Positions 53,714-63,994 are shown, counted from the first letter of the stretch. The stretch is 64,000 bases of DNA from Thermoprotei archaeon (GCA_017857595.1 JAFMCU010000002.1:458-64457); one strand, 5' to 3'. Numbers and translations are program-made. Notes: generated by a model not told the origin, from the sequence alone.

Positions 53714-54175
53714 ATGCCAACTTTCGGTTATTCAATTAAGGGATTAGATGAAACAAAATCTGTATTAGCTAGTGGACGTGATCTTAATATATCTTTTAAA
53801 GAAGCTGTGGAAGTTTGTAGATATATAAAGGGAAGAAGCTTAGAAGAAGTTAAAGCTATATTAAACGATATAATAGAGGGTAAAAGAGCAATACCTTTTA
53901 GAAGATTTAAGAAAAAAGTTCCTCATCATAAAAATGATGGTAAAATTGGTTCAGCACGATATCCAATTAAAGTAGCTAAGGAATTGTTGAAATTAGTTGA
54001 ATCATTAGAAAGTAATGCTGAATTTAAAGGATTGGATATTTCAAAAGTTAAATTGATACACTGTTGTGCACAAAAAAGTTTCAAAATAAAAAAGTACATA
54101 CCAAGGGCATTTGGTCGGTCAACACCGTATTTTAGGGAATTAGTTCATATTGAATTAGCGGGTGTTGAATCATAA
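53714..54175 (+). CDS. rpl22: 50S ribosomal protein L22 (uL22)
   Basis: 153 aa. Conserved position, with the pattern ASGRDLNISFKEAVEVCRYIKG. Confidence 0.9.
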   Translation: MPTFGYSIKGLDETKSVLASGRDLNISFKEAVEVCRYIKGRSLEEVKAILNDIIEGKRAIPFRRFKKKVPHHKNDGKIGSARYPIKVAKELLKLVESLESNAEFKGLDISKVKLIHCCAQKSFKIKKYIPRAFGRSTPYFRELVHIELAGVES

Positions 54176-54828
54176 TGCCAACAACAGCAAAACTTTTTGT
54201 ACAAACTTATAAGTTAAATGCTGAAATTATAGAATACTTACAAAATAAGTTAAAAGAAGCAGGAATAGATAAAATAGAAATTCAACAATTTGCAGCAGGA
54301 ATAAGAATAATTATGGATGTAGAAAAACCAAGATTGGCTTTAGGCCCACATGGGTTAAAAATTAAAGAAGTAGAAGAAGAAATTAAGTCTAAATTCGGTG
54401 TTAAAAATATTGAAATATTTGTTAATGAAGCTAAGGATATTTTCCTTAGTCCTTCAATTGTAGCTAATAAAATAGCAATAGCATTAGAGCGTGGTATACA
54501 TTTTAGAAGAGTTGCGAATTTAATGCTTAAACAAATTATGGATTCAGGAGCAAGAGGAGCAGAAATAGTCATAAGCGGAAAACTTGTTAGCGAAAGAGCC
54601 AGATTTGAAAAATTTAGAGCTGGGGTTATACCTAAATCAGGGGATCCAAGATTTAAATTCGTAAAGGAAGCTAAAACATCGGTATTATTAAAGCCAGGTG
54701 TTTATGGAATTAAGGTGAGAATTGTTCCTCCTGTAGAACTAGCTGAAGATCGTATTGCTTCCTTAAAAGAGATGGCTGTAGCTAATATTGAAGAACATAA
54801 GTTAGAAAATGAAGCTAAAAGATCTTAA
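54175..54828 (+). CDS. rps3: 30S ribosomal protein S3 (uS3)
   Basis: 217 aa. KH domain, ALERGIHFRR and GAEIVISGKL. Confidence 0.93.
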   Translation: MPTTAKLFVQTYKLNAEIIEYLQNKLKEAGIDKIEIQQFAAGIRIIMDVEKPRLALGPHGLKIKEVEEEIKSKFGVKNIEIFVNEAKDIFLSPSIVANKIAIALERGIHFRRVANLMLKQIMDSGARGAEIVISGKLVSERARFEKFRAGVIPKSGDPRFKFVKEAKTSVLLKPGVYGIKVRIVPPVELAEDRIASLKEMAVANIEEHKLENEAKRS

Positions 54829-55036
54829 AAAATTGACGAGAGAAGAACGGTTAAAAAGATTATTAGAATTAAAATTAGAGCTTATCAAAGCTAAGTCAAT
54901 TTTTTTAGCAGGCAAACCACAAAAGAATGTCAAATTAGTTAGGAATATTAAAAAGGAAATAGCTAGAATATTGACAATTGAAAGAGAGGAAGAACTAAAG
55001 AAAAAAGTAAGTAAAAATGAAGATAAGCAAGTATAA
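54809..55036 (+). CDS. rpl29: 50S ribosomal protein L29 (uL29)
   Basis: 75 aa. LKDLKKLTREERLKRLLELKLEL...IKKEIARILT. Confidence 0.88.
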   Translation: MKLKDLKKLTREERLKRLLELKLELIKAKSIFLAGKPQKNVKLVRNIKKEIARILTIEREEELKKKVSKNEDKQV

Positions 55037-55277
55037 TATTCACGCTCATGAGTTGATGGGATTATATGTTAAATGTATAGATAAAAAGGGAAAACTAATA
55101 CATGAAGGAATCGTGTATAATGAAACAAAAAATCAAATCTGGTTAAAAAGAGATAAGATGATAAAGAAATTACTAAAAGTCTCTTATGATTTCATATTTA
55201 ATTATAACGGCCAAAGCTTTAAATTAGTTGGTCGAAAATTGATAGGTGAACCGGAGGAAAGGGCGAAAAAACTATGA
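55017..55277 (+). CDS. rnp1: RNase P protein component 1 (Rpp29/Pop4)
   Basis: 86 aa. HELMGLYVKCID..GKLIHEGIVYNETKNQIWL...KKLLKVSYDFIF......KLVGRKLIGEPEER. Conserved slot between L29 and S17. Confidence 0.8.
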   Translation: MKISKYNIHAHELMGLYVKCIDKKGKLIHEGIVYNETKNQIWLKRDKMIKKLLKVSYDFIFNYNGQSFKLVGRKLIGEPEERAKKL

Positions 55278-55597
55278 AGAAGAGAATAATATTTGGTATT
55301 GAACCTCCAGAAAAATTGTGTAATGATATCCATTGTCCATTCCACGGTAATATAAGTGTAAGAGGAAAGATAGATGAAGGTATTGTAATAAAATTAAAAG
55401 CGAATAAAACTGCAACTGTTCAAAAGGAATATACTGTTTTTATAAGAAAATATCAAAGGTATGAAAGAAGAAGAAGCAAATACCACGTTCACGTTCCTGA
55501 ATGTTTAGAAGTTAAAGAAAATGATAAGGTAATATTTGGTGAAACAAGACCTATATCTAAAACTGTATCTTCAGTAATCTTAAAGGTGATTAAATAG
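55274..55597 (+). CDS. rps17: 30S ribosomal protein S17 (uS17)
   Basis: 107 aa. CPFHG...VRG, YERRRSKYHVH and GETRPISKT. Confidence 0.92.
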   Translation: MKKRIIFGIEPPEKLCNDIHCPFHGNISVRGKIDEGIVIKLKANKTATVQKEYTVFIRKYQRYERRRSKYHVHVPECLEVKENDKVIFGETRPISKTVSSVILKVIK

Positions 55598-55640
55598 AAC
55601 ATGTTTATATTGTGCATAATAAACATTATATCTATATCAA

Positions 55641-55646
55641 GGTGAT
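55641..55646 (+). promoter_or_regulatory. Shine-Dalgarno-like GGTGAT for rpl14
   Basis: Lies 5 nt upstream of the ATG at 55652 and is complementary to the 16S 3' end (AUCACC). Confidence 0.5.
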
Positions 55647-55651
55647 ATCTT

Positions 55652-56077
55652 ATGGTTAAACGAGGAGGTAAAAGTACTGTTGCGGTATTTAAACCGCATA
55701 TTAGTAGAGGCATTCCTACTAATGCTATCGTTAATTGTGCTGATAACACTGGAGTTTTAAAGGCAAAGGTTATAGCAGTTTTTGGTTTAAAAACAAAAAA
55801 AAGACAGCTTCCTACAGCCTCAGTTGGGGACATGGTAAAAATAACAGTTAAAAGTGGTAAATCCGAACTTCGAAGTCAATTATTTAACGCAGTTGTAATA
55901 AGGCAAAGAAAGCCATACAGGAGAGCGGATGGGTCATGGATATGTTTTGAAGATAATGCTGTAGTTATATTAACTCCTGAAGGTGATGTAAAAGGTACGG
56001 AAATATACGGGCCCGTAGCAAAGGAAGCAGCAGAAAGATGGCCTAAGGTAGCTGCATTAGCCTCTATAATAATATAA
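55652..56077 (+). CDS. rpl14: 50S ribosomal protein L14 (uL14)
   Basis: 141 aa. VNCADNTGVLKAKVI and AVVIRQRKPYRR.DG. Confidence 0.95.
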   Translation: MVKRGGKSTVAVFKPHISRGIPTNAIVNCADNTGVLKAKVIAVFGLKTKKRQLPTASVGDMVKITVKSGKSELRSQLFNAVVIRQRKPYRRADGSWICFEDNAVVILTPEGDVKGTEIYGPVAKEAAERWPKVAALASIII

Positions 56078-56079
56078 CA

Positions 56080-56442
56080 ATGGCATCAGCACAACCAAGA
56101 AGACAAAGAAAGCTTTTGTATAAAAAATATACAAATAAAGACTATGGAAAGTTACTACATGCACATTTGAGTAAAGAACTTCGGGAAAAATATAAAGTAC
56201 GTTCTATTCGTGTTAGAAAAAATGATGTAGTAAGAGTGTTGCGAGGCTCATATAAAGGAATAGAAGGTAAAGTTGCAAGGGTAGATGCTGAAAGAGGTTT
56301 TGTATATATTGAAGGTTTAACAAGAAAGACTATGCGAGGTAGACCCTCAATGATTCCAATACATGCTTCTAAATTGCTTTTAGTAAAGCTTGACTTATCA
56401 GATAAATATAGATTAGAGAAATTGGAAAATTTATCTAAGTAA
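56080..56442 (+). CDS. rpl24: 50S ribosomal protein L24 (uL24)
   Basis: 120 aa. KOW motif VRKNDVVRVLRGSYKGIEGKV. Confidence 0.92.
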   Translation: MASAQPRRQRKLLYKKYTNKDYGKLLHAHLSKELREKYKVRSIRVRKNDVVRVLRGSYKGIEGKVARVDAERGFVYIEGLTRKTMRGRPSMIPIHASKLLLVKLDLSDKYRLEKLENLSK

Positions 56443-56443
56443 A

Positions 56444-57214
56444 ATGTGCGGTCATATTAAAAGGTTAACTGTACCATACTTTTGGCCGATTTTGAAGAAA
56501 GAATATAAGTGGGCTATCAAACCTATACCTGGCCCTCATCCTAAAGAATATAGCATTCCATTAGCATATTTAATAAGAGAAGTCTTTGGCTATGCATCAA
56601 ATCTAAAAGAAGTTAAGTATATTTTATCAAGACGATGGGTAAAAAGAGATAAGAAAGTTGTTACTGATTATCGTTACCCAATTGGGTTTATGGATGTATT
56701 GGATTTCATTAAAGATAAGAATTCATACAGAATTTTACCTTATAAAGGATATCCATTAGTTGTATCTAAAATAAGTGAAGCGGAATCATTTTTTAAATTA
56801 TGCAAAATAATAAATAAAAATTCTGTAAAAGGCGGAAAAATTCAAATAACTTTACATGATGGTAGAAACTTTTTAGTAGAAGAAGCTGATTCAAATAAGT
56901 TTAAAATTAACGATACAGTCATTGTTAGTTTGCCGGATCAATCTATAAAAGATATCATAAAATTTGAAGTAGGTAAGTATTGTTTAATTTATAGAGGTGA
57001 AAATGCAGGTGAACATGGTGTTTTAAAAAGTATAGAAGAGCTAATACCAAGAAAAAATAGCATAGTGACTATTGAAAATGAAAAAGGATTAAATATTAAG
57101 ACAAACATACAATACGCTATATGCATTGGTTATGAAAAACCATTAATTAAATTTATAAATTCTGAAGATGATTATGTAAAACCATCAATATATACAAAAA
57201 TAAGGTTCTTGTAA
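56444..57214 (+). CDS. rps4e: 30S ribosomal protein S4e (eS4)
   Basis: 256 aa. HIKRLTVPYFWPI, YPIGFMDV and a C-terminal KOW-like domain. Confidence 0.92.
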   Translation: MCGHIKRLTVPYFWPILKKEYKWAIKPIPGPHPKEYSIPLAYLIREVFGYASNLKEVKYILSRRWVKRDKKVVTDYRYPIGFMDVLDFIKDKNSYRILPYKGYPLVVSKISEAESFFKLCKIINKNSVKGGKIQITLHDGRNFLVEEADSNKFKINDTVIVSLPDQSIKDIIKFEVGKYCLIYRGENAGEHGVLKSIEELIPRKNSIVTIENEKGLNIKTNIQYAICIGYEKPLIKFINSEDDYVKPSIYTKIRFL

Positions 57215-57215
57215 A

Positions 57216-57767
57216 ATGAGCATATCACAAGAAGAAGTTAAGCAAATAGAACAATCAAAACAAAATCCAATGAAAAACATAAAAATTTTATCAGTAGTTA
57301 TAAATATGTCTGTAGGACCTTCTGAAGATAGATTAAATAGAGCAATTGCAGTTCTGACTAAATTAACTGGGCAAAAGCCCTCAATTAGAAGAGCTAAAAA
57401 AACAATTAAAGAGTTTAAAATACGTAAAAATGAACCAATAGCTTGTATTGTTACAATTAGGGGAAAAAAAGCAGAAGATTTAATCAATAGATTGTTCGAG
57501 GCGGTAAATAGGAAGTTAAAATCAGCTTCTTTTACAAGTTACGGCAATTTTAGCTTTGGAATAAAAGAGTATATTGATATACCAGGTATGTCATATGATC
57601 CATCGATCGGAATTTTAGGGATGGATGTAGCAGTGAATCTAGGTAGACCTGGCTATAGAGTTAAATATAGAAAGAGGCGTAGTTCTAAAATAGGAAAGAA
57701 TCATCTAATAACTAAAGAAGAAGCAATCGAGTTTATAAGAAATAAATTTAATGTGGTAATCGAATAA
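57216..57767 (+). CDS. rpl5: 50S ribosomal protein L5 (uL5)
   Basis: 183 aa. [29 protein letters not shown] and [12 protein letters not shown]. Confidence 0.94.
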   Translation: MSISQEEVKQIEQSKQNPMKNIKILSVVINMSVGPSEDRLNRAIAVLTKLTGQKPSIRRAKKTIKEFKIRKNEPIACIVTIRGKKAEDLINRLFEAVNRKLKSASFTSYGNFSFGIKEYIDIPGMSYDPSIGILGMDVAVNLGRPGYRVKYRKRRSSKIGKNHLITKEEAIEFIRNKFNVVIE

Positions 57768-57928
57768 TGGGAAGTCCAAAACCTAAGGATAGGAAATTTG
57801 GAAAAATTACCCATAGATGTAGAAGATGCGGAACCACGGACGGTGTTATAAGAAAATATGGATTATTATATTGCAGACGATGTTTCAGAGAAATTGCTCC
57901 TTTAATGGGATTTAAAAAATACGAATGA
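57767..57928 (+). CDS. rps14: 30S ribosomal protein S14 (uS14, zinc-ribbon type), not in the ORF track
   Basis: My own translation gives [53 protein letters not shown] (53 aa). CxxC..CxxC, with TAATG coupling to rpl5. Confidence 0.9.
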   Translation: MGSPKPKDRKFGKITHRCRRCGTTDGVIRKYGLLYCRRCFREIAPLMGFKKYE

Positions 57929-57974
57929 AAATTTTATATAAAAATAATTACATAATATAAACTTAATCAAATTT

Positions 57975-58358
57975 ATGAACTTATTAGCTAATGTTTTAAG
58001 CGCTATAAATAATGCAGAAGCTAGAGGTAAAAAGGAGTGTTTAATTTATCCTTCGTCAAAATTTGTTGCTTCAGTTTTAAGAGTTATGCAAAAGAATGCG
58101 TATATAGGAGAATTTGAAATTATCGATGATGGTAGGGGCGGTAAATTCAGAATTCAATTAATGGGTAGGATTAATAAATGCGGAATAATTAAACCTCGAA
58201 TAGGAGTTGGTTATCGAGAACTATTGAAATATGAAAGCAAATATTTACCAAGTAAGGATTTAGGAATTTTAATTGTTTCAACACCAAAAGGAGTTATGAC
58301 AAGTAAAGAAGCTCTTGAACAAAAAACTGGAGGAGTGCTTATAGCCTATGTCTATTAA
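57975..58358 (+). CDS. rps8: 30S ribosomal protein S8 (uS8)
   Basis: 127 aa. [18 protein letters not shown] and [13 protein letters not shown]...A......GG. Confidence 0.93.
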   Translation: MNLLANVLSAINNAEARGKKECLIYPSSKFVASVLRVMQKNAYIGEFEIIDDGRGGKFRIQLMGRINKCGIIKPRIGVGYRELLKYESKYLPSKDLGILIVSTPKGVMTSKEALEQKTGGVLIAYVY

Positions 58359-58920
58359 TCAATTATTGTATCAGTATAGAGAAGAAATCGATATACCTAG
58401 TGAAGTAACTGTAGATGCTAATAATTATGTCATAACAATTAAGGGTCCTTTAGGGCAAATAATCAAAGATTATTCTCCTAACAAGTTATTTTTATCGAAA
58501 AACGCGTATCGAATATTTGTAGAAAACTCTAAAGTAATTGTAGAAACCTACATTAAGGGTAAAAGAGGTCTATCTTTATGCAGAACTCTTGCATCTAAAA
58601 TTAGAAACTCTATAAAAGGTGTGATGAAAGGTTATACATATAAATTAAAAATAATATATTCTCATTTCCCTGTTAATATTAAGGTAAAAGACGATAAAGT
58701 CTTTATTGAAAATTTCATAGGTGAGAGAGGACCTAGACTTGCTCGTATAATAGGAAAGGATACAAAAGTCAAAGTTGAAGGTGAAGATATAATAATAAAT
58801 GGCATAGATAAGGATGAAGTTAGTCAAACAGCAGCTAATATTCAATTGGCTACAAAAATAAAGAAACGAGATCCTAGAAAATTCTTGGACGGTATTTATA
58901 TATATTACAGGGAAAAATGA
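58348..58920 (+). CDS. rpl6: 50S ribosomal protein L6 (uL6)
   Basis: 190 aa. Conserved position, with [10 protein letters not shown] and IENFIGER. Confidence 0.9.
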   Translation: MSINQLLYQYREEIDIPSEVTVDANNYVITIKGPLGQIIKDYSPNKLFLSKNAYRIFVENSKVIVETYIKGKRGLSLCRTLASKIRNSIKGVMKGYTYKLKIIYSHFPVNIKVKDDKVFIENFIGERGPRLARIIGKDTKVKVEGEDIIINGIDKDEVSQTAANIQLATKIKKRDPRKFLDGIYIYYREK

Positions 58921-59294
58921 AACAAAGAGATTTAAAAATTTGGAAGGAACAAAAGAAAAAAATACCAGATTTCATTCGTTCAGATTCTTGGAAGGTAAAA
59001 AGATTAGAGAATAGTGGTTGGAGAAAACCTAAGGGATTAGAAAATAAAATGAGATTGAAAAGAAAAGGATGGCCACCAATTGTAAAAATTGGTTATAGAA
59101 AAATAAGAAGCGTAAGAGGGCTCCATCCTTCAGGCTTAAAAGAAGTTTTAGTTTATAATGAAAAAGAGCTTGTCGGCCTTGATCCAGAAAATACAATTGT
59201 TAGAATTTCATCTAGTGTTGGTAAATTAAAAAGGATTAAAATAATAGATGAATGCAATAAATTAGGTATAAAAGTAGCTAACCCAAGAATATGA
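58917..59294 (+). CDS. rpl32e: 50S ribosomal protein L32e (eL32)
   Basis: 125 aa. WRKPKGLENKMRLKRKGWP..V.IGYR and HPSG. Confidence 0.92.
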   Translation: MKQRDLKIWKEQKKKIPDFIRSDSWKVKRLENSGWRKPKGLENKMRLKRKGWPPIVKIGYRKIRSVRGLHPSGLKEVLVYNEKELVGLDPENTIVRISSSVGKLKRIKIIDECNKLGIKVANPRI

Positions 59295-59698
59295 GCTTAG
59301 AATATATAAAACGACTAGCTGCAGAAGTTGCAGGTGTAGGTAAGAGTAGAATATTTATTGATCCAGAGGAATATGATACGTTATCTACAGTAATATCTAA
59401 AGATGAAGTTAGAAAATTAATGAATCAAGGAATTATCAGAGTATTGCCAAAAAAAGGACTAACTAATAGAAAAAAGAATAAAAAGAGAAGAAAAGGTGAA
59501 GGTAGTATAAAAGGGAAAAGAAAAAGTCTTCAGAAAGAAGAATATGTTAAAAATGTGCGTTCTTTAAGAGCTTTTGCCAAAAAACTATACGTTAAAAAAA
59601 TAATTGACTCTAAAACTTATAGACAAATAAGGAGATACATAAAAGCAGGTATTATCGATACCAAATCTAAGATAAAATCATTCATAGGTCAACAATAA
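59291..59698 (+). CDS. rpl19e: 50S ribosomal protein L19e (eL19)
   Basis: 135 aa. KRLAAEVAGVGKSRI.IDPEE plus a basic K/R tract. Confidence 0.92.
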   Translation: MSLEYIKRLAAEVAGVGKSRIFIDPEEYDTLSTVISKDEVRKLMNQGIIRVLPKKGLTNRKKNKKRRKGEGSIKGKRKSLQKEEYVKNVRSLRAFAKKLYVKKIIDSKTYRQIRRYIKAGIIDTKSKIKSFIGQQ

Positions 59699-59699
59699 A

Positions 59700-60269
59700 A
59701 TGGTTAAAAGATTAAAATTTAAGAGGAGATTTTTAAACTTGACGAATTATGCTAAAAGAAAAGTTTTTGTTGAATCAGGAAAATTAAGGTTGGTTGTTAG
59801 ATTTTCAAATAGGTATATTTTAGCTCAAATTATTAAAGCAGAAATTAGAGGTGATAATTGTCTAGTTTCTGTTCATTCTTCTGAACTTAAAAAACTTGGC
59901 TGGCCCTTTTCTTTAAAAAATATTCCTGCAAGTTATCTTGTTGGGTATATGATTGGAAAGAAAGCCTTAAAAAAAGGTATAGAAGAAGTTGCTTTAGACA
60001 TAGGTTTAAAAATGCCCACAAAAGGTGCTCGTGTATTCGCAGTTGCTAAAGGTGCGATTGATGCAGGATTAAAATTGCCAATAAATGAAGAAGTTATTCC
60101 TGATGAAAAAAGAATTAAAGGTTATCATATAATAGAATACTACAATATGATAAAAAATGATGAATCTAAGAAAGTATTTTTATCAACTTATCGTTCAAAC
60201 GAATCTAATATAGAAAAATTACCAGATATAATAAGTGGAATTATTAATAAGATAAATACAGATATCTAA
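59700..60269 (+). CDS. rpl18: 50S ribosomal protein L18 (uL18)
   Basis: 189 aa. RLVVRFSNRYILAQII and the C-terminal IPDE.RI.G.HI. Confidence 0.92.
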   Translation: MVKRLKFKRRFLNLTNYAKRKVFVESGKLRLVVRFSNRYILAQIIKAEIRGDNCLVSVHSSELKKLGWPFSLKNIPASYLVGYMIGKKALKKGIEEVALDIGLKMPTKGARVFAVAKGAIDAGLKLPINEEVIPDEKRIKGYHIIEYYNMIKNDESKKVFLSTYRSNESNIEKLPDIISGIINKINTDI

Positions 60270-60270
60270 A

Positions 60271-60876
60271 ATGTCATTAGCTGAATCCTGGCAACCAAGA
60301 ACAAAATTAGGGTCGCTTGTAAAGGAAGGTAGCATCACATCGGTTGATCAAATTTTTGAAAATAACTTTAGGATTCAAGAACCTGAGATAGTTGATATCC
60401 TTATACCAAATCTTCAAGTAGTTGTACTTTATTCAAGGCCTGTTCAGAAACAAACTGCTTCAGGTGAACTTACTAGATTTGAAAGTTTAGTTGTGGTAGG
60501 AGATAAAAATGGACATCTAGGATTAGGTCTGGGTAAGGCACGACAAACAAGAAGCGCTATAGAAAAAGCTACAAATGAAGCAAAATTAAATTTAATACCT
60601 GTTTTGAGAGGTTGTGGAAGTTGGGAATGTTCATGCGGTCGACCTCATAGTGTACCATATGTAACTATAGGCAGAATGGGCTCTGTTAGAATAAAAATTA
60701 TGCCAGCACCCCTCGGTCTAGGATTAGTCGCAGGTGATTTTATAAAGCCCATATTTACTTTGGCTGGTATTAGTGATGTATGGACTTGGACTAAAGGTGA
60801 AACAAGAAATAGGATTAATTTCGCTTTAAGTACTTACGATGCATTAAAAAAGTTATACAAATTTACAACCTTTTAA
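60271..60876 (+). CDS. rps5: 30S ribosomal protein S5 (uS5)
   Basis: 201 aa. VVVGDKNGHLGLGLGKA and PAPLGLGLVAG. Confidence 0.94.
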   Translation: MSLAESWQPRTKLGSLVKEGSITSVDQIFENNFRIQEPEIVDILIPNLQVVVLYSRPVQKQTASGELTRFESLVVVGDKNGHLGLGLGKARQTRSAIEKATNEAKLNLIPVLRGCGSWECSCGRPHSVPYVTIGRMGSVRIKIMPAPLGLGLVAGDFIKPIFTLAGISDVWTWTKGETRNRINFALSTYDALKKLYKFTTF

Positions 60877-60877
60877 C

Positions 60878-61339
60878 ATGCCAATAATATTTGCTATAGT
60901 AAGGATAAGAAGTTTAATAGACCGAAATTCTAAAATTAGATTGACTGCTCGATATTTAAGATTAACAAGAACAAATACATGTACTTTATTTCCTGAATCA
61001 CCTCAATTAAAAGGTATGCTAGATGCTGTATCAACTATTGCAACATTCGGAGAAATAAATAAGGAAACTCTTGTAGAGCTACTGAAGAAAAGAGGAAGAA
61101 TAGCTGGTAATAAGCCACTTACGCTAGAATTTATCAATAAATATGGATATTCAAGTTTTGAACAAATTGCTGAAGAAATAATTAAAACAGGTAAATTTCC
61201 TTCCTTCATCAAACCTGTATTTCGATTAAGTCCGCCAAGAAAAGGTTTTAAGAGATCGTTAAAAAAATTTTATGCGGAAGGTGGAGAACTAGGATATAGG
61301 AATGGAGACATAAATGAATTAATTTTAAGAATGATATAA
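60878..61339 (+). CDS. rpl30: 50S ribosomal protein L30 (uL30)
   Basis: 153 aa. FAIVRIRS........I..T...LRL.R.N.C.L. Conserved position. Confidence 0.9.
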   Translation: MPIIFAIVRIRSLIDRNSKIRLTARYLRLTRTNTCTLFPESPQLKGMLDAVSTIATFGEINKETLVELLKKRGRIAGNKPLTLEFINKYGYSSFEQIAEEIIKTGKFPSFIKPVFRLSPPRKGFKRSLKKFYAEGGELGYRNGDINELILRMI

Positions 61340-61363
61340 TAAATAATGTAATTAATTTCAAAA

Positions 61364-61816
61364 ATGACTATAAGAAGAGAAAAAAAATCTAGGAAAAGAA
61401 GAGGATATCGTGTTCATGGTTATGGCAGAACAGGTCAACATAGGAAAAGTGGAAGTAAAGGAGGTATTGGTAAAGCTGGTAGAAAATCTGGCAAACATAA
61501 ATATTCATGGGTATTAAAGTATGAACCTGATTACTTTGGAAAACATGGTTTTCGAAATCCAAATTATGTAGAAAAAAGATCAATTGATTTGCTAGAAATT
61601 ACCAATTTAGTTGATAATTTAATAGTCAATAATAAAATCGATAAAGAAGACGATTTCTACAAGATAGATGTTTCGGAATACGGTTATGATAAGGTATTGG
61701 CTGGTGGAACACTTAAGCATAAATTAAAAATCATATCTAAAGAATTTAGCAAGAAAGCTGAAGAAAAAATTAGAGCTTTAGGCTCAATACCCATTTTGAA
61801 AAATGCCAGCGCTTGA
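61364..61816 (+). CDS. rpl15: 50S ribosomal protein L15 (uL15)
   Basis: 150 aa. RKRRGYRVHGYGRTGQHRKSGSKGG.G.AG. Confidence 0.92.
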   Translation: MTIRREKKSRKRRGYRVHGYGRTGQHRKSGSKGGIGKAGRKSGKHKYSWVLKYEPDYFGKHGFRNPNYVEKRSIDLLEITNLVDNLIVNNKIDKEDDFYKIDVSEYGYDKVLAGGTLKHKLKIISKEFSKKAEEKIRALGSIPILKNASA

Positions 61817-63242
61817 ATATTTAAGGCCAATTTTTAGCATATTGCCAGAGGTTCCCAAGCCTAGAAAAACAGTATCATTTAGAGAAAAACTTCTTTGGAC
61901 AACAATAGCTTTGACAATCTACTTGGTTTTTACAGAAGTACCATTATATCCTTTATCAAAAGTATCCAATGCCCAATCGTATAATCCTTTATTTTCGATT
62001 ATATTTGCAACAAGATTTGGTACGTTAGCGCATTTAGGAGTAGGACCGATTGTTACAGCAGGTTTGATAATGCAACTTCTTGTTGGTTCAAAAATTATAA
62101 GCTTAGATTTAACAGATAAAAATCAGCGAGCGTTATTTACAGGTACACAAAAGTTTTTAGCTTTAATATTTACACTGTTTGAAAGTATAGTTTTTATTAC
62201 AAGCGGTCTATTACCCGTAGCAAATTTAAGCGAGGGCATTCTTGTTGTTTTACAATTGTTTTTCGTCGGAATAATAATAATATTATTAGATGAATTATTA
62301 CAAAAAGGTTGGGGTTTTGGTAGTGGAGTTAGTTTATTTATTCTTGCAGGTGTAGCTCTTCAAATATTTAGCGAACTATTTAGTCCAATCGCTATAGCAC
62401 CTAATCAATTTTTTGGACTGGTACCTAATATATTACTTGTAGCATCAGGTAATGGCAATTTTTGGTATTTATTACTAGGCAATCCAAATTTTGCTTCTTC
62501 TCCTTCAATAATAGGTCTTGTTTCAATGATTGTAGTTTTCATTTTATTGGTGTATCTTCAATCTGTTAAGGTTGAGATACCTGTTGCATATCCTAAATAC
62601 GGTGGAATTAAGGCTAAAATACCACTGCAGCTTTTATATGTATCAAACGTACCTGTAATATTGGCTGCAGCTCTTACAGCTAACTTGTTATTTTTAACTC
62701 AATTAGCTTGGAGTCGATATAATTTGAGTGGTAGCAATCCAATCTTATCTGCTTTTGGATACTTTAAATATGTCCAATCAGGAACATCTTCAACACCGGT
62801 ACCCGCAGGAGGATTAATATATTACTTGACACCACCACAAAATTTTTACCAAGCAATGTTGGATCCTGTAAGGGCTATTGTTTACGTTATTATATTCAGC
62901 TTATTATGTATCTTATTTTCATTTGCGTGGGTAGAAACATCTGGCATGAGTGCAGAAGAACAAGCAAAGAAGATGATACAATCAGGGTTGCAAGTTCCTG
63001 GTTTTAGGCAAAGTAATATTGTAATATCTACTTTATTAAAAAGATATATACCTACTTTAACATGGTTTAGCGGTTTGCTCGTAGGTCTTTTAGCAAGCGT
63101 ATCTGATATTTTTGGCGTAATAGGAACAGGTATAGGCATTCTCTTAGCTATAGGTATAATATATCAGTATTATATGATATTAGCTCAGCAAAGATTAGAA
63201 GAAGAATTTCCATCTATTGCTAGATTTCTAGAGGGAAAGTAA
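61803..63242 (+). CDS. secY: Preprotein translocase subunit SecY
   Basis: 479 aa, ten hydrophobic segments. FRGTLA-like RFGTLAHLGVGPIVTAGLIMQLL, LDELLQKGWGFGSGVSLFI and the SecY position after L15. Confidence 0.95.
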   Translation: MPALEYLRPIFSILPEVPKPRKTVSFREKLLWTTIALTIYLVFTEVPLYPLSKVSNAQSYNPLFSIIFATRFGTLAHLGVGPIVTAGLIMQLLVGSKIISLDLTDKNQRALFTGTQKFLALIFTLFESIVFITSGLLPVANLSEGILVVLQLFFVGIIIILLDELLQKGWGFGSGVSLFILAGVALQIFSELFSPIAIAPNQFFGLVPNILLVASGNGNFWYLLLGNPNFASSPSIIGLVSMIVVFILLVYLQSVKVEIPVAYPKYGGIKAKIPLQLLYVSNVPVILAAALTANLLFLTQLAWSRYNLSGSNPILSAFGYFKYVQSGTSSTPVPAGGLIYYLTPPQNFYQAMLDPVRAIVYVIIFSLLCILFSFAWVETSGMSAEEQAKKMIQSGLQVPGFRQSNIVISTLLKRYIPTLTWFSGLLVGLLASVSDIFGVIGTGIGILLAIGIIYQYYMILAQQRLEEEFPSIARFLEGK

Positions 63243-63737
63243 ATGTTAATCAACTTACTTTCTTTAGTATTGCTTAATTATAATGAACCAATCGTAGCTA
63301 ATCTTTTAATATTATTGTTATCAATACCCGCTCCTTTAGCTTCTTCATTGGTTAGTAGAATATTGATTGCTAAATTTTTTGGTATAGATAGATACAAACA
63401 AATTATGAGAGAAATTAGAGAGTTTGATAGAGAATATATGAAAGCTTTGCGTGAGAAAGATAATGTAAAATTGGAAAAAATGAGCAAAAGAAAACCTTAT
63501 ATAGATAAAATGAGGGCTAACACTTTTAAAGTAAGCATGATAAATACAGTTATTCTTTTCCCGCCATTCCTTTTCTTCTATTTTTGGTTATTATCAGTTT
63601 TTGACAGTATGAATGTAGCATATTTTCCACTATTAGGTACAACATTTTATATTCAAACATATTTTTGGTATATCATTTGTTCATTCATGGTCAGCTTACT
63701 TATAAATAGATTAATCGGTATATTATATCAATATTAA
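63243..63737 (+). CDS. DUF106 family membrane protein (archaeal Oxa1/YidC/EMC3-superfamily insertase-like)
   Basis: 164 aa. TM1, then the charged coiled region RYKQIMREIREFDREYMKALREKDNVKLEKMSKRK, then two TM segments. Typical DUF106 layout and position after secY. Confidence 0.6.
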   Translation: MLINLLSLVLLNYNEPIVANLLILLLSIPAPLASSLVSRILIAKFFGIDRYKQIMREIREFDREYMKALREKDNVKLEKMSKRKPYIDKMRANTFKVSMINTVILFPPFLFFYFWLLSVFDSMNVAYFPLLGTTFYIQTYFWYIICSFMVSLLINRLIGILYQY

Positions 63738-63739
63738 TT

Positions 63740-63994
63740 ATGCCACGACCAGGTCTCAGAGGTAAGCCTAGCAAAATAGTGAAAACACCTGGGGGTAAGC
63801 ACATACTTAGAAAAGTCGATAAAAAGAGGGGTAAAGATAAATGTGCAATATGTAAAGGATATTTAAATGGTACGTATCACGGCGTTGGGGGTTTATCCAA
63901 ATCTTCAAGAAGACCTAAAAGACCATATGGCGGTTATATTTGTTCAAGATGCTTGCAAAACCTATTAGAAAAAGCAATTTTATCTAAAATATAA
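63740..63994 (+). CDS. rpl34e: 50S ribosomal protein L34e (eL34)
   Basis: 84 aa. KTPGGKHILRKVDKKRGKDKCAICKGYLNG...RPYGGYICSRC. Confidence 0.88.
   Translation: MPRPGLRGKPSKIVKTPGGKHILRKVDKKRGKDKCAICKGYLNGTYHGVGGLSKSSRRPKRPYGGYICSRCLQNLLEKAILSKI

Noticed and set aside
55489-55833. 114-aa minus-strand ORF spanning the rps17-rpl14 junction
   Set aside because: It is antisense to two conserved r-protein genes and their SD-containing spacer.
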